The notes: a model not told the origin generated them from the sequence alone. DNA of 64,000 bases from Escherichia coli (GCF_001677475.2 NZ_CP015229.1), one strand, 5' to 3'. Counted from the first letter of the stretch, positions 24,698 through 38,142 are shown. Numbers and translations are program-made.

Positions 24698-26656
24698 TTA
24701 CGATGGCATCGCGATAGCCTGCTTCTCTTCAAGCAGCTTCTCGACTACGCCAGGATCGGCAAGCGTCGAGGTATCGCCCAGGTTGCTGGTATCGCCCGCC
24801 GCAATTTTGCGCAGAATACGGCGCATAATTTTGCCGGAGCGGGTTTTAGGCAGGGAGTCGGTCCAGTGCAGCACGTCTGGCGTCGCCAGCGGGCCAATCT
24901 CTTTACGCACCCAGTTGCGGACTTCTGCGTACAGTTCTGGTGACGGTTCCTCCCCGTGATTAAGCGTGACGTAGGCGTAGATCGCCTGACCTTTAATATT
25001 GTGCGGAATACCTACTACGGCGGCTTCGGCAATCTTCGGATGCGCCACCAGCGCCGACTCAATCTCCGCCGTCCCCAGACGGTGACCGGAGACGTTCAGC
25101 ACGTCATCCACGCGCCCGGTTATCCAGTAATAGCCATCTTCATCGCGACGCGCGCCGTCGCCGCTGAAATACATATTTTTGAAGGTGGAGAAGTAGGTCT
25201 GTTCAAAACGTTCGTGATCGCCAAACAGCGTACGCGCCTGACCCGGCCAGGAGTCGGTGATCACCAGACTGCCTTCGGTGGCCCCTTCCAGCGGGTTACC
25301 TTCGTTATCGACTAACGCCGGTTGCACGCCGAAGAACGGACGTGTTGCCGAACCGGCTTTCAGCTCGGTAGCGCCAGGCAGCGGGGTGATCATGAAACCG
25401 CCAGTTTCGGTCTGCCACCAGGTATCGACCACCGGGCATTTCTCGTTGCCGATTTTTTTCCAGTACCACTCCCACGCTTCCGGGTTAATTGGCTCGCCCA
25501 CGGAACCGAGAATGCGCAGTGACGAACGATCGGTGCCTTCAATCGCTTTATCGCCTTCCGCCATCAGCGCACGAATCGCCGTGGGCGCGGTATAGAGAAT
25601 ATTGACCTGATGCTTATCCACCACCTGTGCCATACGGGCAGGCGTCGGCCAGTTCGGTACGCCTTCGAACATCAGCGTGGTCGCGCCGCAGGCCAGCGGG
25701 CCGTACAGCAAATAACTGTGTCCGGTAACCCAGCCCACATCGGCGGTGCACCAGTAGATATCACCCGGATGATAATCAAAGACATATTTAAAGGTCAGCG
25801 CCGCGTACACCAGATAACCACCGGTAGTGTGCAGCACGCCTTTCGGCTTCCCGGTAGAACCGGAGGTGTAGAGAATAAACAGCGGATCTTCGGCGTTCAT
25901 CTCTTCCGCCTGGTGCTGATCGCTGGCTTGCTCAACCAGGTCGTGCCACCACAGGTCGCGCCCTTCCTGCCAGTCGATTTTTCCGCCAGTACGCTTCAGT
26001 ACCACCACATGCTCTACGCTGGTGACGTTCGGGTTTTTCAGCGCGTCATCAACGTTTTTCTTCAGCGGAATACTACGCCCGGCACGCACGCCTTCGTCGG
26101 AAGTGATCACCAGTCGTGAGTTAGAATCGATAATGCGTCCGGCAACGGCTTCCGGCGAGAAGCCGCCGAAAATTACCGAATGCACCGCGCCAATGCGGGC
26201 GCAGGCCAGCATCGCAACCGCGGCCTCCGGCACCATCGGCATATAAATCGCCACCACATCGCCTTTTTTAATGCCCAGCTCGAGCAGGGTATTAGCGAAG
26301 CGGCAGACGTCGCGGTGCAGCTCTTTATAGCTGATATGTTTGCTCTGGCTGGCGTCGTCGCCTTCCCAGATGATGGCGGTACGATCGCCGTTTTCTTGCA
26401 GATGGCGGTCAAGGCAGTTTGCCGCTAGATTCAGCGTGCCGTCCTCGTACCATTTAATGGACACATTACCTGGGGCAAAGGAGGTGTTTTTCACCTTCTG
26501 GTAAGGTTTGATCCAGTCAAGAATTTTTCCCTGTTCGCCCCAGAAGGTATCAGGTGCGTTAATAGATTGTTGATACATCGCCTCGTACTGCTGAGGGTTT
26601 ATCAGGCAACGGTCTGCGATGTTGGCAGGAATGGTGTGTTTGTGAATTTGACTCAT
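24698..26656 (-). CDS. acs: acetyl-CoA synthetase
   Basis: 652 aa; AMP-binding motif [11 protein letters not shown]; regulatory lysine region SGKIMRR. Confidence 0.97.
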   Translation of the reverse strand: MSQIHKHTIPANIADRCLINPQQYEAMYQQSINAPDTFWGEQGKILDWIKPYQKVKNTSFAPGNVSIKWYEDGTLNLAANCLDRHLQENGDRTAIIWEGDDASQSKHISYKELHRDVCRFANTLLELGIKKGDVVAIYMPMVPEAAVAMLACARIGAVHSVIFGGFSPEAVAGRIIDSNSRLVITSDEGVRAGRSIPLKKNVDDALKNPNVTSVEHVVVLKRTGGKIDWQEGRDLWWHDLVEQASDQHQAEEMNAEDPLFILYTSGSTGKPKGVLHTTGGYLVYAALTFKYVFDYHPGDIYWCTADVGWVTGHSYLLYGPLACGATTLMFEGVPNWPTPARMAQVVDKHQVNILYTAPTAIRALMAEGDKAIEGTDRSSLRILGSVGEPINPEAWEWYWKKIGNEKCPVVDTWWQTETGGFMITPLPGATELKAGSATRPFFGVQPALVDNEGNPLEGATEGSLVITDSWPGQARTLFGDHERFEQTYFSTFKNMYFSGDGARRDEDGYYWITGRVDDVLNVSGHRLGTAEIESALVAHPKIAEAAVVGIPHNIKGQAIYAYVTLNHGEEPSPELYAEVRNWVRKEIGPLATPDVLHWTDSLPKTRSGKIMRRILRKIAAGDTSNLGDTSTLADPGVVEKLLEEKQAIAMPS

Positions 26657-26907
26657 GCTTTTGTTCTCCTTGTAGGATGTTAATAATATGTGGCATAAGA
26701 GTTAAATGTAGGGGTATTGGCAGTTTTGTTTAGTATTTGGGCGACAGATCACGCAAAAGTAGAATTGTGCAAATAAACGGCAGGGTAATTTTTGAAGGTC
26801 AGCAACAAAAGTTGATTAATTCTTTGAGGAACATGTAGTTATGCATGCTGTTGAAAAAGAGGAAGATACTGACTAACTCTAAAGTGGTATTTTACATGCA
26901 CTTACAA

Positions 26908-26921
26908 TTGATTAAAGACAA
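26908..26921. promoter_or_regulatory. putative FNR site in the nrf promoter
   Basis: TTGATTAAAGACAA resembles TTGAT-N4-ATCAA; about 130 bp upstream of nrfA start; assignment tentative. Confidence 0.35.
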
Positions 26922-27006
26922 CATTCACAGTGTGGTTATTTGTTACACATAGGGGCGAGCAATGTCATGACAGTGTAGGTGCGGTTACTGTCGTGAAAAA
27001 CAATAA

Positions 27007-28485
<1,479 letters not shown>

Positions 28486-28524
28486 CCCCCGTTCCGCCTC
28501 GCAAGGGGCGGAAAACACAATGGA

Positions 28525-29097
28525 GTGAATATGAGCGTATTACGTTCGTTATTAACTGCCGGGGTGCTGGCGTCGGGCCTGTTGTGGAGCCTGAACGGAA
28601 TTACCGCTACCCCTGCGGTGCAGGCATCGGAAGATCGCTACGAAGTTACCCAGCAGCGTAACCCGGATGCCGCCTGTCTGGACTGTCATAAGCCAGACAC
28701 CGAAGGTATGCATGGCAAACATGCTTCCGTTATCAACCCGAATAACAAACTGCCGGTTACCTGCACCAACTGTCACGGCCAGCCGTCACCGCAACACCGC
28801 GAAGGGGTGAAAGATGTGATGCGCTTTAACGAGCCGATGTACAACGTTGGTGAGCAGAACAGTGTTTGTATGTCCTGCCATCTGCCGGAACAGTTGCAAA
28901 AAGCGTTCTGGCCGCACGATGTCCACGTGACCAAAGTGGCGTGCGCCAGTTGCCATTCCCTGCATCCACAGCAAGATACGATGCAGACGTTAAGTGACAA
29001 AGGACGGATTAAGATTTGCGTCGATTGCCACAGCGATCAGCGCACCAATCCGAACTTTAACCCGGCGTCTGTTCCGTTGCTTAAGGAGCAGCCATGA
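28525..29097 (+). CDS. nrfB: pentahaem cytochrome c, electron donor to NrfA
   Basis: 190 aa (or 188 from second Met); signal peptide; five CxxCH motifs. Confidence 0.95.
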   Translation: MNMSVLRSLLTAGVLASGLLWSLNGITATPAVQASEDRYEVTQQRNPDAACLDCHKPDTEGMHGKHASVINPNNKLPVTCTNCHGQPSPQHREGVKDVMRFNEPMYNVGEQNSVCMSCHLPEQLQKAFWPHDVHVTKVACASCHSLHPQQDTMQTLSDKGRIKICVDCHSDQRTNPNFNPASVPLLKEQP

Positions 29098-29765
29098 CCT
29101 GGTCTCGTCGCCAGTTTCTCACCGGCGTCGGCGTGCTGGCAGCCGTCAGCGGCACCGCAGGACGCGTGGTGGCGAAAACATTGAATATCAATGGGGTGCG
29201 TTACGGCATGGTGCATGACGAGTCGTTATGTATCGGCTGTACCGCCTGTATGGATGCTTGTCGGGAAGTGAACAAGGTGCCGGAAGGCGTCTCGCGCCTG
29301 ACGATTATTCGTAGCGAGCCGCAGGGCGAATTTCCTGATGTGAAATATCGCTTCTTCCGCAAGTCTTGCCAGCACTGCGATCATGCGCCGTGCGTTGACG
29401 TCTGCCCAACCGGTGCGTCTTTTCGCGATGCTGCCAGTGGGATTGTCGATGTTAATCCGGATCTCTGCGTCGGTTGTCAGTACTGTATCGCCGCCTGTCC
29501 GTACCGCGTGCGCTTTATCCATCCGGTCACGAAGACGGCGGACAAATGCGATTTCTGCCGTAAGACCAATTTGCAGGCCGGTAAACTGCCCGCGTGCGTT
29601 GAAGCTTGCCCGACGAAAGCACTGACGTTTGGCAATCTGGACGATCCCAACAGTGAGATTTCGCAACTGCTGCGCCAGAAGCCCACTTACCGCTACAAGC
29701 TGGCGCTGGGAACCAAACCGAAGCTGTACCGCGTACCGTTTAAATATGGGGAGGTGAGCCAATGA
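29094..29765 (+). CDS. nrfC: 4Fe-4S ferredoxin-type subunit, Tat signal
   Basis: 223 aa; RRQFLTG twin-arginine motif; four CxxCxxCxxxCP cluster motifs. Confidence 0.95.
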   Translation: MTWSRRQFLTGVGVLAAVSGTAGRVVAKTLNINGVRYGMVHDESLCIGCTACMDACREVNKVPEGVSRLTIIRSEPQGEFPDVKYRFFRKSCQHCDHAPCVDVCPTGASFRDAASGIVDVNPDLCVGCQYCIAACPYRVRFIHPVTKTADKCDFCRKTNLQAGKLPACVEACPTKALTFGNLDDPNSEISQLLRQKPTYRYKLALGTKPKLYRVPFKYGEVSQ

Positions 29766-30718
29766 CGCAGACTTCCGCATTTCATTTTGAATCGCTGGTG
29801 TGGGACTGGCCGATTGCCATCTACCTGTTTTTGATTGGTATTTCTGCCGGTCTGGTGACGCTGGCCGTGCTGTTACGTCGCTTCTACCCGCAGGCGGGCG
29901 GTGCAGACAGTACGTTGCTGCGCACCACGCTGATTGTCGGGCCTGGCGCGGTGATCCTTGGTCTGTTGATCCTCGTCTTCCACCTGACGAGACCGTGGAC
30001 CTTCTGGAAGCTGATGTTCCACTACAGTTTTACCTCGGTGATGTCGATGGGGGTGATGCTGTTTCAGCTCTACATGGTGGTGCTGGTGCTGTGGCTGGCG
30101 AAAATCTTTGAACATGATTTGCTTGCCCTGCAACAACGCTGGTTGCCGAAGCTGGGGATCGTGCAAAAGGTTCTGAGCCTGCTGACGCCCGTTCATCGCG
30201 GACTGGAAACGCTGATGCTGGTGTTGGCGGTGCTGCTGGGGGCTTATACCGGCTTTCTGCTGTCGGCGCTGAAATCGTATCCGTTCCTCAATAACCCGAT
30301 CCTGCCGGTGCTGTTCCTCTTCTCCGGCATCTCGTCCGGTGCGGCGGTAGCGCTGATCGCCATGGCGATACGCCAACGCAAAAATCCGCATTCCACGGAA
30401 GCGCACTTTGTTCACCGTATGGAAATCCCCGTGGTATGGGGTGAAATCTTCCTGCTGGTGGCGTTTTTTGTCGGCCTGGCGCTGGGCGATGACGGTAAAG
30501 TGCGTGCACTGGTGGCGGCGTTGGGCGGCGGTTTCTGGACGTGGTGGTTCTGGCTTGGTGTCGCCGGGCTGGGGCTGATTGTGCCAATGTTGCTCAAACC
30601 GTGGGTCAATCGCAGTTCCGGCATTCCTGCCGTGCTGGCGGCGTGTGGGGCCAGTCTGGTCGGCGTGTTGATGCTGCGTTTTTTCATTCTCTACGCCGGA
30701 CAGTTGACGGTGGCGTAA
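29762..30718 (+). CDS. nrfD: NrfD/PsrC-family integral membrane quinol dehydrogenase subunit
   Basis: 318 aa, about eight TM helices; start overlaps nrfC stop. Confidence 0.95.
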   Translation: MTQTSAFHFESLVWDWPIAIYLFLIGISAGLVTLAVLLRRFYPQAGGADSTLLRTTLIVGPGAVILGLLILVFHLTRPWTFWKLMFHYSFTSVMSMGVMLFQLYMVVLVLWLAKIFEHDLLALQQRWLPKLGIVQKVLSLLTPVHRGLETLMLVLAVLLGAYTGFLLSALKSYPFLNNPILPVLFLFSGISSGAAVALIAMAIRQRKNPHSTEAHFVHRMEIPVVWGEIFLLVAFFVGLALGDDGKVRALVAALGGGFWTWWFWLGVAGLGLIVPMLLKPWVNRSSGIPAVLAACGASLVGVLMLRFFILYAGQLTVA

Positions 30719-30797
30719 GCCAGAAAAGAGGTGGTTTCTGGACGTATTCCTTCCTGAAGTCGGTTTTCTGGCGTTGTTGTTAAGTCTCGGGGTCAAC

Positions 30798-32456
30798 GTG
30801 TTGACCCCGTTGACGGCCTTTGCGGGAGTGTGGTTGCGCTGGCCTGCCATGATGCGGCTCACTTGCATCGGCATTCTGGCGCAGTTCGCGCTCCTGCTGC
30901 TCGCCTTTGGCGTACTGACGTATTGTTTTCTCATCAGCGATTTCTCGGTCATTTATGTCGCCCAACATAGCTATAGCCTGCTGTCGTGGGAACTCAAACT
31001 GGCGGCGGTGTGGGGCGGTCATGAAGGTTCGCTGCTGCTTTGGGTGCTGCTGCTTTCCGCCTGGAGCGCGCTGTTTGCCTGGCATTATCGGCAGCAAACC
31101 GATCCGCTATTTCCGCTGACGCTAGCCGTTTTATCTCTCATGCTCGCCGCGCTGCTACTGTTTGTGGTGCTGTGGTCCGATCCCTTTGTACGGATATTTC
31201 CGCCAGCAATCGAAGGCCGCGATCTCAATCCGATGCTGCAACATCCCGGTCTTATCTTCCATCCGCCGCTGCTCTATCTCGGCTATGGCGGTTTGATGGT
31301 GGCGGCGAGTGTGGCGCTGGCGAGTCTACTGCGCGGCGAGTTTGATGCGGCCAGCGCCCGAATTTGCTGGCGCTGGGCGTTACCTGGCTGGAGTGCATTA
31401 ACTGCGGGGATCATCCTCGGTTCCTGGTGGGCCTATTGCGAACTCGGCTGGGGCGGCTGGTGGTTCTGGGATCCGGTGGAAAACGCCTCTTTATTACCCT
31501 GGCTTTCTGCCACTGCGCTGCTGCACAGTTTGTCCCTGACACGCCAGCGGGGGATTTTCTGCCACTGGTCGCTGTTACTGGCGATAGTTACTCTGATGCT
31601 GTCGCTGCTGGGCACGTTGATTGTCCGTTCCGGCATTCTGGTTTCGGTCCATGCGTTCGCGCTGGATAACGTCCGCGCCGTGCCGTTGTTCAGCCTGTTT
31701 GCACTGATTAGCCTTGCGTCTTTGGCTCTGTATGGCTGGCGAGCGCGGGACGGTGGCCCGGCGGTGCGTTTTTCGGGGTTATCGCGGGAAATGTTAATCC
31801 TCGCTACGCTGTTGCTGTTTTGCGCAGTGCTACTGATCGTGCTGGTGGGAACGCTTTATCCGATGATTTACGGCCTGCTGGGCTGGGGACGCCTCTCCGT
31901 TGGCGCGCCGTATTTTAACCGCGCGACGTTACCGTTTGGTCTGTTGATGCTGGTGGTGATTGTGCTGGCGACGTTTGTCTCTGGCAAACGCGCGCAGCTT
32001 CCGGCGCTGGTAGCTCATGCGGGCGTGCTGTTATTTGCCGCCGGGATCGTGGTCTCCAGCGTCAGCCGTCAGGAGATCAGCCTGAATTTACAGCCGGGTC
32101 AGCAGGTGACGCTGGCAGGATACACCTTCCGTTTTGAGCGCCTCGATCTACAAGCCAAAGGTAATTACACCAGCGAAAAAGCGATAGTGGCGTTATTTGA
32201 CCATCAGCAACGCATTGGTGAACTGACACCGGAGCGGCGTTTTTACGAAGCACGTCGTCAGCAAATGATGGAGCCGTCAATTCGCTGGAACGGCATCCAT
32301 GACTGGTATGCGGTCATGGGTGAAAAAACCGGAGCGGATCGTTACGCTTTTCGTTTGTATGTACAAAGCGGTGTGCGCTGGATCTGGGGGGGAGGATTGT
32401 TGATGATTGCGGGCGCATTGTTAAGCGGATGGCGGGGGAGGAAGCGCGATGAATAA
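30798..32456 (+). CDS. nrfE: haem lyase NrfE (CcmF paralogue); start uncertain (GTG 30798 or TTG 30774)
   Basis: about 552 aa polytopic protein with CcmF-like WGGWWFWD motif. Confidence 0.9.
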   Translation: MLTPLTAFAGVWLRWPAMMRLTCIGILAQFALLLLAFGVLTYCFLISDFSVIYVAQHSYSLLSWELKLAAVWGGHEGSLLLWVLLLSAWSALFAWHYRQQTDPLFPLTLAVLSLMLAALLLFVVLWSDPFVRIFPPAIEGRDLNPMLQHPGLIFHPPLLYLGYGGLMVAASVALASLLRGEFDAASARICWRWALPGWSALTAGIILGSWWAYCELGWGGWWFWDPVENASLLPWLSATALLHSLSLTRQRGIFCHWSLLLAIVTLMLSLLGTLIVRSGILVSVHAFALDNVRAVPLFSLFALISLASLALYGWRARDGGPAVRFSGLSREMLILATLLLFCAVLLIVLVGTLYPMIYGLLGWGRLSVGAPYFNRATLPFGLLMLVVIVLATFVSGKRAQLPALVAHAGVLLFAAGIVVSSVSRQEISLNLQPGQQVTLAGYTFRFERLDLQAKGNYTSEKAIVALFDHQQRIGELTPERRFYEARRQQMMEPSIRWNGIHDWYAVMGEKTGADRYAFRLYVQSGVRWIWGGGLLMIAGALLSGWRGRKRDE

Positions 32457-32832
32457 AGGACTTCTCACGCTACTGCTGTTATTTACCTGTTTTGCGCGCG
32501 CTCAGGTTGTAGACACCTGGCAATTCGCCAATCCGCAACAACAGCAACAGGCGTTAAATATTGCCAGCCAGTTACGTTGTCCGCAGTGCCAAAATCAGAA
32601 CTTACTGGAATCCAACGCGCCGGTGGCAGTCAGTATGCGCCATCAGGTTTACAGCATGGTGGCGGAGGGGAAGAACGAAGTCGAAATCATTGGCTGGATG
32701 ACCGAACGCTACGGAGATTTTGTTCGCTATAACCCACCGTTAACGGGTCAGACGCTGGTGTTGTGGGCGCTGCCTGTGGTGTTGTTACTGCTGATGGCAC
32801 TGATCCTCTGGCGAGTGAGGGCGAAGCGATGA
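32449..32832 (+). CDS. nrfF: haem lyase subunit NrfF (CcmH-like)
   Basis: 127 aa; LRCPQC thiol motif; start overlaps nrfE stop. Confidence 0.95.
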   Translation: MNKGLLTLLLLFTCFARAQVVDTWQFANPQQQQQALNIASQLRCPQCQNQNLLESNAPVAVSMRHQVYSMVAEGKNEVEIIGWMTERYGDFVRYNPPLTGQTLVLWALPVVLLLLMALILWRVRAKR

Positions 32833-33425
32833 AACAGCCCAAAATACCGGTGAAAAAGCTGACAATACTCACGATTTTGATGGTATTTCTCTGTGTCGGC
32901 AGTTATCTGTTAAGCCCAAAATGGCAGGCGGTACGTGCGGAGTATCAGCGTCAGCGCGATCCGCTACATCAGTTTGCCAGCCAGCAAACCCCGGAAGCGC
33001 AGCTTCAGGTATTGCAGGATAAAATCCGCGCTAATCCACAAAACAGCGAACAATGGGCGTTACTGGGCGAGTACTATCTGTGGCAAAACGATTACAGCAA
33101 TTCGCTGCTGGCGTACCGTCAGGCGTTGCAACTACGTGGTGAGAACGCTGAACTGTATGCGGCGCTGGCGACGGTGCTTTATTACCAGGCCAGCCAGCAT
33201 ATGACCGCCCAGACTCGCGCAATGATCGACAAAGCCCTCGCGCTGGACTCTAACGAAATCACTGCTCTGATGCTGCTGGCTTCCGATGCGTTTATGCAGG
33301 CGAATTACGCGCAAGCCATCGAACTATGGCAAAAAGTGATGGATCTCAACTCACCCCGGATCAACCGGACACAGCTGGTCGAGTCGATTAATATGGCGAA
33401 ACTGTTGCAGCGGAGATCGGATTAA
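32829..33425 (+). CDS. nrfG: haem lyase subunit NrfG (TPR protein)
   Basis: 198 aa from [10 protein letters not shown]; TPR repeats; start overlaps nrfF stop. Confidence 0.9.
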   Translation: MKQPKIPVKKLTILTILMVFLCVGSYLLSPKWQAVRAEYQRQRDPLHQFASQQTPEAQLQVLQDKIRANPQNSEQWALLGEYYLWQNDYSNSLLAYRQALQLRGENAELYAALATVLYYQASQHMTAQTRAMIDKALALDSNEITALMLLASDAFMQANYAQAIELWQKVMDLNSPRINRTQLVESINMAKLLQRRSD

Positions 33426-33769
33426 TCATCTGGTGATGAAGATTATGTTATTGAGCTGCATAAAAAATAATCGAATGAACATATGCCAAAAATAATCACC
33501 AATCAGTATTATTGCAGATTAAACAAATAAAAATCTTTCCATAACAAATGGTTATTCATTAATCCTGCCATAAACTCGCGTTATTATGCATTAATGCAGC
33601 GAAAAGCTCTGTTGTTAAAGGGTTGCGCAACATACCGCGCAAATGATACTGATCATAAGCGTTAAAAAAATCTACAAACCAACGCAACACAATTCATGCC
33701 CTGGCAGTAGTATGTCACGTTCTCGCGTTTCTGAACGGGGAACGGCGCTCCATTGAGGAAGTCATTCAT

Positions 33770-35083
33770 ATGAAAAATATAAAATTCAGCCTGGCCTGGC
33801 AGATTCTGTTTGCTATGGTGCTGGGCATTCTCCTGGGAAGCTACCTGCACTACCATAGCGACAGCCGCGACTGGCTGGTCGTCAATTTGCTCTCTCCGGC
33901 GGGTGATATCTTCATCCATCTGATCAAAATGATTGTTGTGCCGATTGTGATCTCCACGCTGGTGGTGGGTATCGCGGGTGTGGGTGATGCCAAACAGCTC
34001 GGGCGTATTGGCGCGAAAACCATTATCTACTTCGAGGTGATCACCACCGTCGCCATCATTTTGGGGATCACTCTGGCGAACGTCTTCCAGCCCGGTGCCG
34101 GGGTGGATATGTCGCAGCTGGCGACCGTCGATATCTCGAAATATCAGAGCACTACGGAAGCGGTACAAAGCAGTTCCCACGGCATTATGGGCACGATTTT
34201 GTCGCTGGTGCCGACGAACATTGTGGCGTCGATGGCGAAAGGCGAAATGCTGCCGATCATCTTCTTCTCGGTGCTGTTTGGCCTGGGGCTTTCCTCCCTG
34301 CCCGCGACGCATCGTGAACCGCTGGTGACCGTGTTCCGCTCCATTTCTGAAACCATGTTTAAAGTGACTCACATGGTGATGCGTTATGCACCGGTGGGTG
34401 TGTTTGCGCTGATTGCGGTGACGGTGGCTAACTTTGGTTTCTCTTCTCTGTGGCCACTGGCGAAACTGGTGCTGCTGGTGCATTTCGCCATTCTGTTCTT
34501 CGCGCTGGTAGTGCTGGGAATTGTGGCGCGCCTGTGCGGGTTAAGCGTCTGGATCCTGATTCGTATTCTGAAAGATGAGCTGATTCTGGCGTACTCCACT
34601 GCCAGCTCTGAAAGCGTGTTGCCGCGAATTATTGAGAAGATGGAAGCCTACGGAGCACCGGCGTCGATCACCAGTTTCGTGGTGCCGACCGGTTACTCTT
34701 TTAACCTTGATGGTTCGACGCTGTATCAAAGTATTGCCGCTATTTTCATCGCGCAGTTGTATGGCATTGACTTGTCCATCTGGCAGGAAATCATTCTGGT
34801 GCTGACGCTGATGGTGACCTCGAAAGGGATTGCTGGCGTGCCGGGCGTGTCGTTTGTGGTGTTGCTGGCAACGCTGGGCAGCGTAGGGATCCCGCTGGAA
34901 GGTCTGGCGTTTATTGCCGGTGTTGACCGTATCCTCGATATGGCGCGTACTGCGCTGAACGTGGTGGGTAATGCGCTGGCGGTGCTGGTGATTGCCAAGT
35001 GGGAACACAAATTTGACCGTAAGAAAGCGCTGGCTTATGAGCGCGAAGTGCTGGGCAAATTTGATAAAACTGCGGATCAATAA
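33770..35083 (+). CDS. gltP: glutamate/aspartate:proton symporter
   Basis: 437 aa; dicarboxylate/amino-acid:cation symporter family. Confidence 0.95.
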   Translation: MKNIKFSLAWQILFAMVLGILLGSYLHYHSDSRDWLVVNLLSPAGDIFIHLIKMIVVPIVISTLVVGIAGVGDAKQLGRIGAKTIIYFEVITTVAIILGITLANVFQPGAGVDMSQLATVDISKYQSTTEAVQSSSHGIMGTILSLVPTNIVASMAKGEMLPIIFFSVLFGLGLSSLPATHREPLVTVFRSISETMFKVTHMVMRYAPVGVFALIAVTVANFGFSSLWPLAKLVLLVHFAILFFALVVLGIVARLCGLSVWILIRILKDELILAYSTASSESVLPRIIEKMEAYGAPASITSFVVPTGYSFNLDGSTLYQSIAAIFIAQLYGIDLSIWQEIILVLTLMVTSKGIAGVPGVSFVVLLATLGSVGIPLEGLAFIAGVDRILDMARTALNVVGNALAVLVIAKWEHKFDRKKALAYEREVLGKFDKTADQ

Positions 35084-35090
35084 TTGAAGA

Positions 35091-35160
35091 TTGCCGGGGA
35101 TATCCACCCGGCAATGTGTGGATGCCTGATGCGACGCTTAACGCGTCTTATCAGGCCTAC
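35091..35160. repeat. hairpin plus REP element downstream of gltP
   Basis: TTGCCGGGGATATCCACCCGGCAA hairpin followed by GCCTGATGCGACGCTTAACGCGTCTTATCAGGCC REP. Confidence 0.8.
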
Positions 35161-35161
35161 C

Positions 35162-35851
35162 TTAACCGTTAGTTAATTTTTCAAACTCTTCACACCCGGT
35201 ATCAAACCCTTCCATACAGCTCAGATTTAACCAGTGCAGCGCCTTTTGTTTGTTCTTCTCGATAAAACCTTCTTCACCGTTTAAGAACATCATTCCCGCC
35301 CAGTACTCGGAATAACCGGTTCGGGAAATTGCAGAGCTGCGTTTGAAATACCAGGTTGCCTTGTCATCGTCGGCCTTAATGCCCACGCCGTTGGCGTAAA
35401 TCAAACCAAGCAGCATTTGGGCATCGACGGCAGAGTCGTTCTCCAGATCTTCCGAGGCGTTTTCTAACAGCGAAATCGCCTTTGGATAATCCGGTTTACC
35501 CGCTTGAGTATTTACCAGAATATGCGCCAGCGTTACTTCACCTTCTTTACTGCCCGCTTGCGCCGCTTTCTCTGCAAGAACTTTTGCTTGTGGATAGTCC
35601 AGACTGACCGGATTGGTGATTTTGATCTGCGCCAACAGCGCGCAGGCATCAGCATCACCGCTGTCGGCGGCTTTCTGTGCCCAATATTCGGCTTTGCTCA
35701 AATCGCCGGAGCTAAACCAGCTGTCGGCAAGAAAATATTGTGCGCGTCGGTCCCCGGCCTCTGCTGCCTTTAAATACTGGCTGCCAGGCTCGGAGTCGTT
35801 CGCGTGGGCAAAGAATGTCAAAAACAACATCAATGCGATAATTTTTTTCAT
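35162..35851 (-). CDS. yjcO: Sel1-repeat (TPR-like) periplasmic protein
   Basis: 229 aa; signal peptide; repeated Sel1-like motifs. Confidence 0.85.
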   Translation of the reverse strand: MKKIIALMLFLTFFAHANDSEPGSQYLKAAEAGDRRAQYFLADSWFSSGDLSKAEYWAQKAADSGDADACALLAQIKITNPVSLDYPQAKVLAEKAAQAGSKEGEVTLAHILVNTQAGKPDYPKAISLLENASEDLENDSAVDAQMLLGLIYANGVGIKADDDKATWYFKRSSAISRTGYSEYWAGMMFLNGEEGFIEKNKQKALHWLNLSCMEGFDTGCEEFEKLTNG

Positions 35852-35908
35852 TTTGATAATACGATTGGGTAGGGAGTAACCAGTATAAAGAGTTCGAATG
35901 GATAAAAA

Positions 35909-35935
35909 AACAGCCTCCGAAAGGAGGCTGTAGAA
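35909..35935 (-). terminator. rho-independent terminator of fdhF
   Basis: minus strand reads CAGCCTCC-TTTC-GGAGGCTG followed by TTTTTTT, 10 bp after fdhF stop. Confidence 0.8.
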
Positions 35936-35944
35936 AGGACTGTA

Positions 35945-38092
35945 TTACGCCAGTGCCGCTTCGCGCAGGCGAGTTTTCAACTTGTTGTACTCGTCAATCA
36001 CGTACTGCTCGGCGGCGCGCTGATCGGCGATCGGCTCGACGCGCACGGCGCAGTATTTGTATTCCGGCGTTTTCGTAATCGGGCTTAAGTTTTCGGTAAC
36101 CAGCTCGTTACAGGCACCAATCCACCACTGGTAGGTCATATAAATCGCCCCTTTGTTCGGACGATCGCTGACCTGCGCACGGGTGATAATTTTGCCTTTA
36201 CGCGAGTGCACCCAAACCAATGCCTCATCTTCAATACCCAGACGTTTGGCGTCTTCGGTATTGATTTGTGCGTAGCCAGGTTCATCAGCCAGCGCCGCCA
36301 GTGCCGCACAGTTACCGGTCATCGAACGGCAAGAGTAGTGACCAACTTCACGCACCGTTGACAGTACCATCGGATACTCGTCGGTGAGTTTGTCGATTGG
36401 CGCTACCCAGTCGCAGGTGAAGAACTGCGCCAGACCGTTCGGGGTATCAAACTTCTCTTTAAACAGATAAGAAGTCCCCTGATCGGCATCTGAAGTATCG
36501 CGGCAAGGCCACTGAATGAAGCCCAGTTCGCCCATTTTCTCGTAAGTCGCACCGTAGAAATCCGGGCACAGATGACGCAACTCATCCCAGATCTCCTGGG
36601 TGTTGTTGTAGTGCATCGGATAACCCATACGGGTGGCGATTTCACTGATGATTTGCCAGTCCGTTTTCAGATCCCATTTCGGTTCAACCGCTTTGAAGAA
36701 ACGCTGGAAGCCACGGTCAGCCGCAGTAAACACGCCTTCATGCTCGCCCCACGACGTTGACGGTAAAATAACATCCGCCGCCGACGCGGTTTTGGTCATA
36801 AAGATGTCCTGAACGATGACCAGTTCCAGATCTTCAAAGGCTTTACGTACTGCCGACAGCTCCGCGTCAGTTTGAAGCGGATCTTCGCCCATAATGTACG
36901 CGGCACGCACTTCACCATGCGCTGCGCGGTGCGGCAGCTCGCTGATGCGATAACCGGTATGAGCAGGCAGGCTTTCCACGCCCCAGGCTTTGGCGAATTT
37001 CTCGCGGTTAGCCGGATCTTTCACGTACTGGTATCCCGGATACGTATCCGGCAGCGCGCCCATATCGCAGGCACCCTGCACGTTGTTCTGACCACGAACC
37101 GGGTTTACACCCGCATGCGGCTTACCGAGGTTACCGGTCAGCATCGCGAGGCTGGTCAGAGAACGCACGGTTTCCACGCCCTGGTAGAACTGGGTTACAC
37201 CCATGCCCCACAGGATGGCGGCGCTTTTCGCCTGGGCATACATCCGTGCCGCCTGACGAATCTCACTGGCGCTGACGCCGGTGATATCTTCAACCGACTC
37301 CGGCGTGTAGCCTTCAACGATTTTACGATACTCTTCAAAGCCTTCTGTACGGGAAGCGACGAAAGCTTTGTCGTACAGGTTTTCTTCAATAATGACATGA
37401 CCCATCGCATTCAACAGCGCGATGTTCGAGCCGTTTTTCAGTGCAATGTGCATGTCAGCAATGCGCGCGGTTTCAATTTTGCGCGGATCGCAGACGATAA
37501 TTTTCGCCCCGTTACGTTTAGCGTTAATTACGTGGTTCGCCACGATTGGGTGGGAATCCGCCGGGTTGTACCCGAAAACGAACACTAAATCGGTATTATC
37601 AATTTCGTTAATAGCATTGCTCATTGCGCCATTACCGACCGATTGGTGCAGACCTGCAACCGATGGGCCGTGTCAGACACGAGCGCAGCAGTCAACGTTA
37701 TTGGTACCAATAACGGCGCGCGCAAATTTTTGCATTACATAGTTGGTTTCGTTACCCGTACCACGCGAGGAGCCGGTCGTCTGGATGGCATCCGGACCGT
37801 ACTTCTCTTTGATGGCGCTCAGGCGCTCGGCAACGTAATTCAGTGCCTCATCCCAGGAAACAGGTTCGAGTTTGCCGCCACGCTGGCGACGGATCATGGG
37901 GGTTTTCAGGCGCGGGGTCAGGATCTGGGTATCGTTAATGAAGTCCCAGCCATAATAACCCTTCAGACACAGGGTACCCTGGTTGGTTTTCCCCTGCGCT
38001 GCCTCCGCCCGGACGATTTTGCCGTTATCGACGACCAGGTTGATTTTGCAACCTGATGCGCAATAGGGGCAAACCGTGACGACTTTTTTCAT
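35945..38092 (-). CDS. fdhF: formate dehydrogenase H (selenoprotein; UGA at codon 140 decoded as selenocysteine)
   Basis: two same-frame ORFs (139 aa + 559 aa) separated only by TGA at 37673..37675; N-terminal CPYCASGCKINLVV 4Fe-4S motif; total 715 codons. Confidence 0.95.
37625..37672 (-). ncRNA. SECIS element (mRNA stem-loop directing SelB-dependent Sec insertion)
   Basis: sequence immediately 3-prime of the in-frame UGA (CACGGCCCAUCGGUUGCAGGUCUGCACCAAUCGGUCGG) can fold as a hairpin. Confidence 0.8.
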
Positions 38093-38142
38093 CGGTCTCG
38101 CTCCAGTTAATCAAATCACGCATACGCGCTCTCGACTACAGT

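Noticed and set aside
29873-30952. 359-aa ORF antisense to nrfD/nrfE
   Set aside because: Low-complexity His/Arg/Gln-rich translation opposite a tightly packed operon; no start context
33662-34483. 273-aa ORF antisense to gltP
   Set aside because: His/Arg-rich antisense artefact within a conserved transporter gene
35945-38092. fdhF split into two ORFs, which might be read as a pseudogene
   Set aside because: The only interruption is a single in-frame TGA followed by a SECIS-like hairpin; this is selenocysteine recoding, not gene decay
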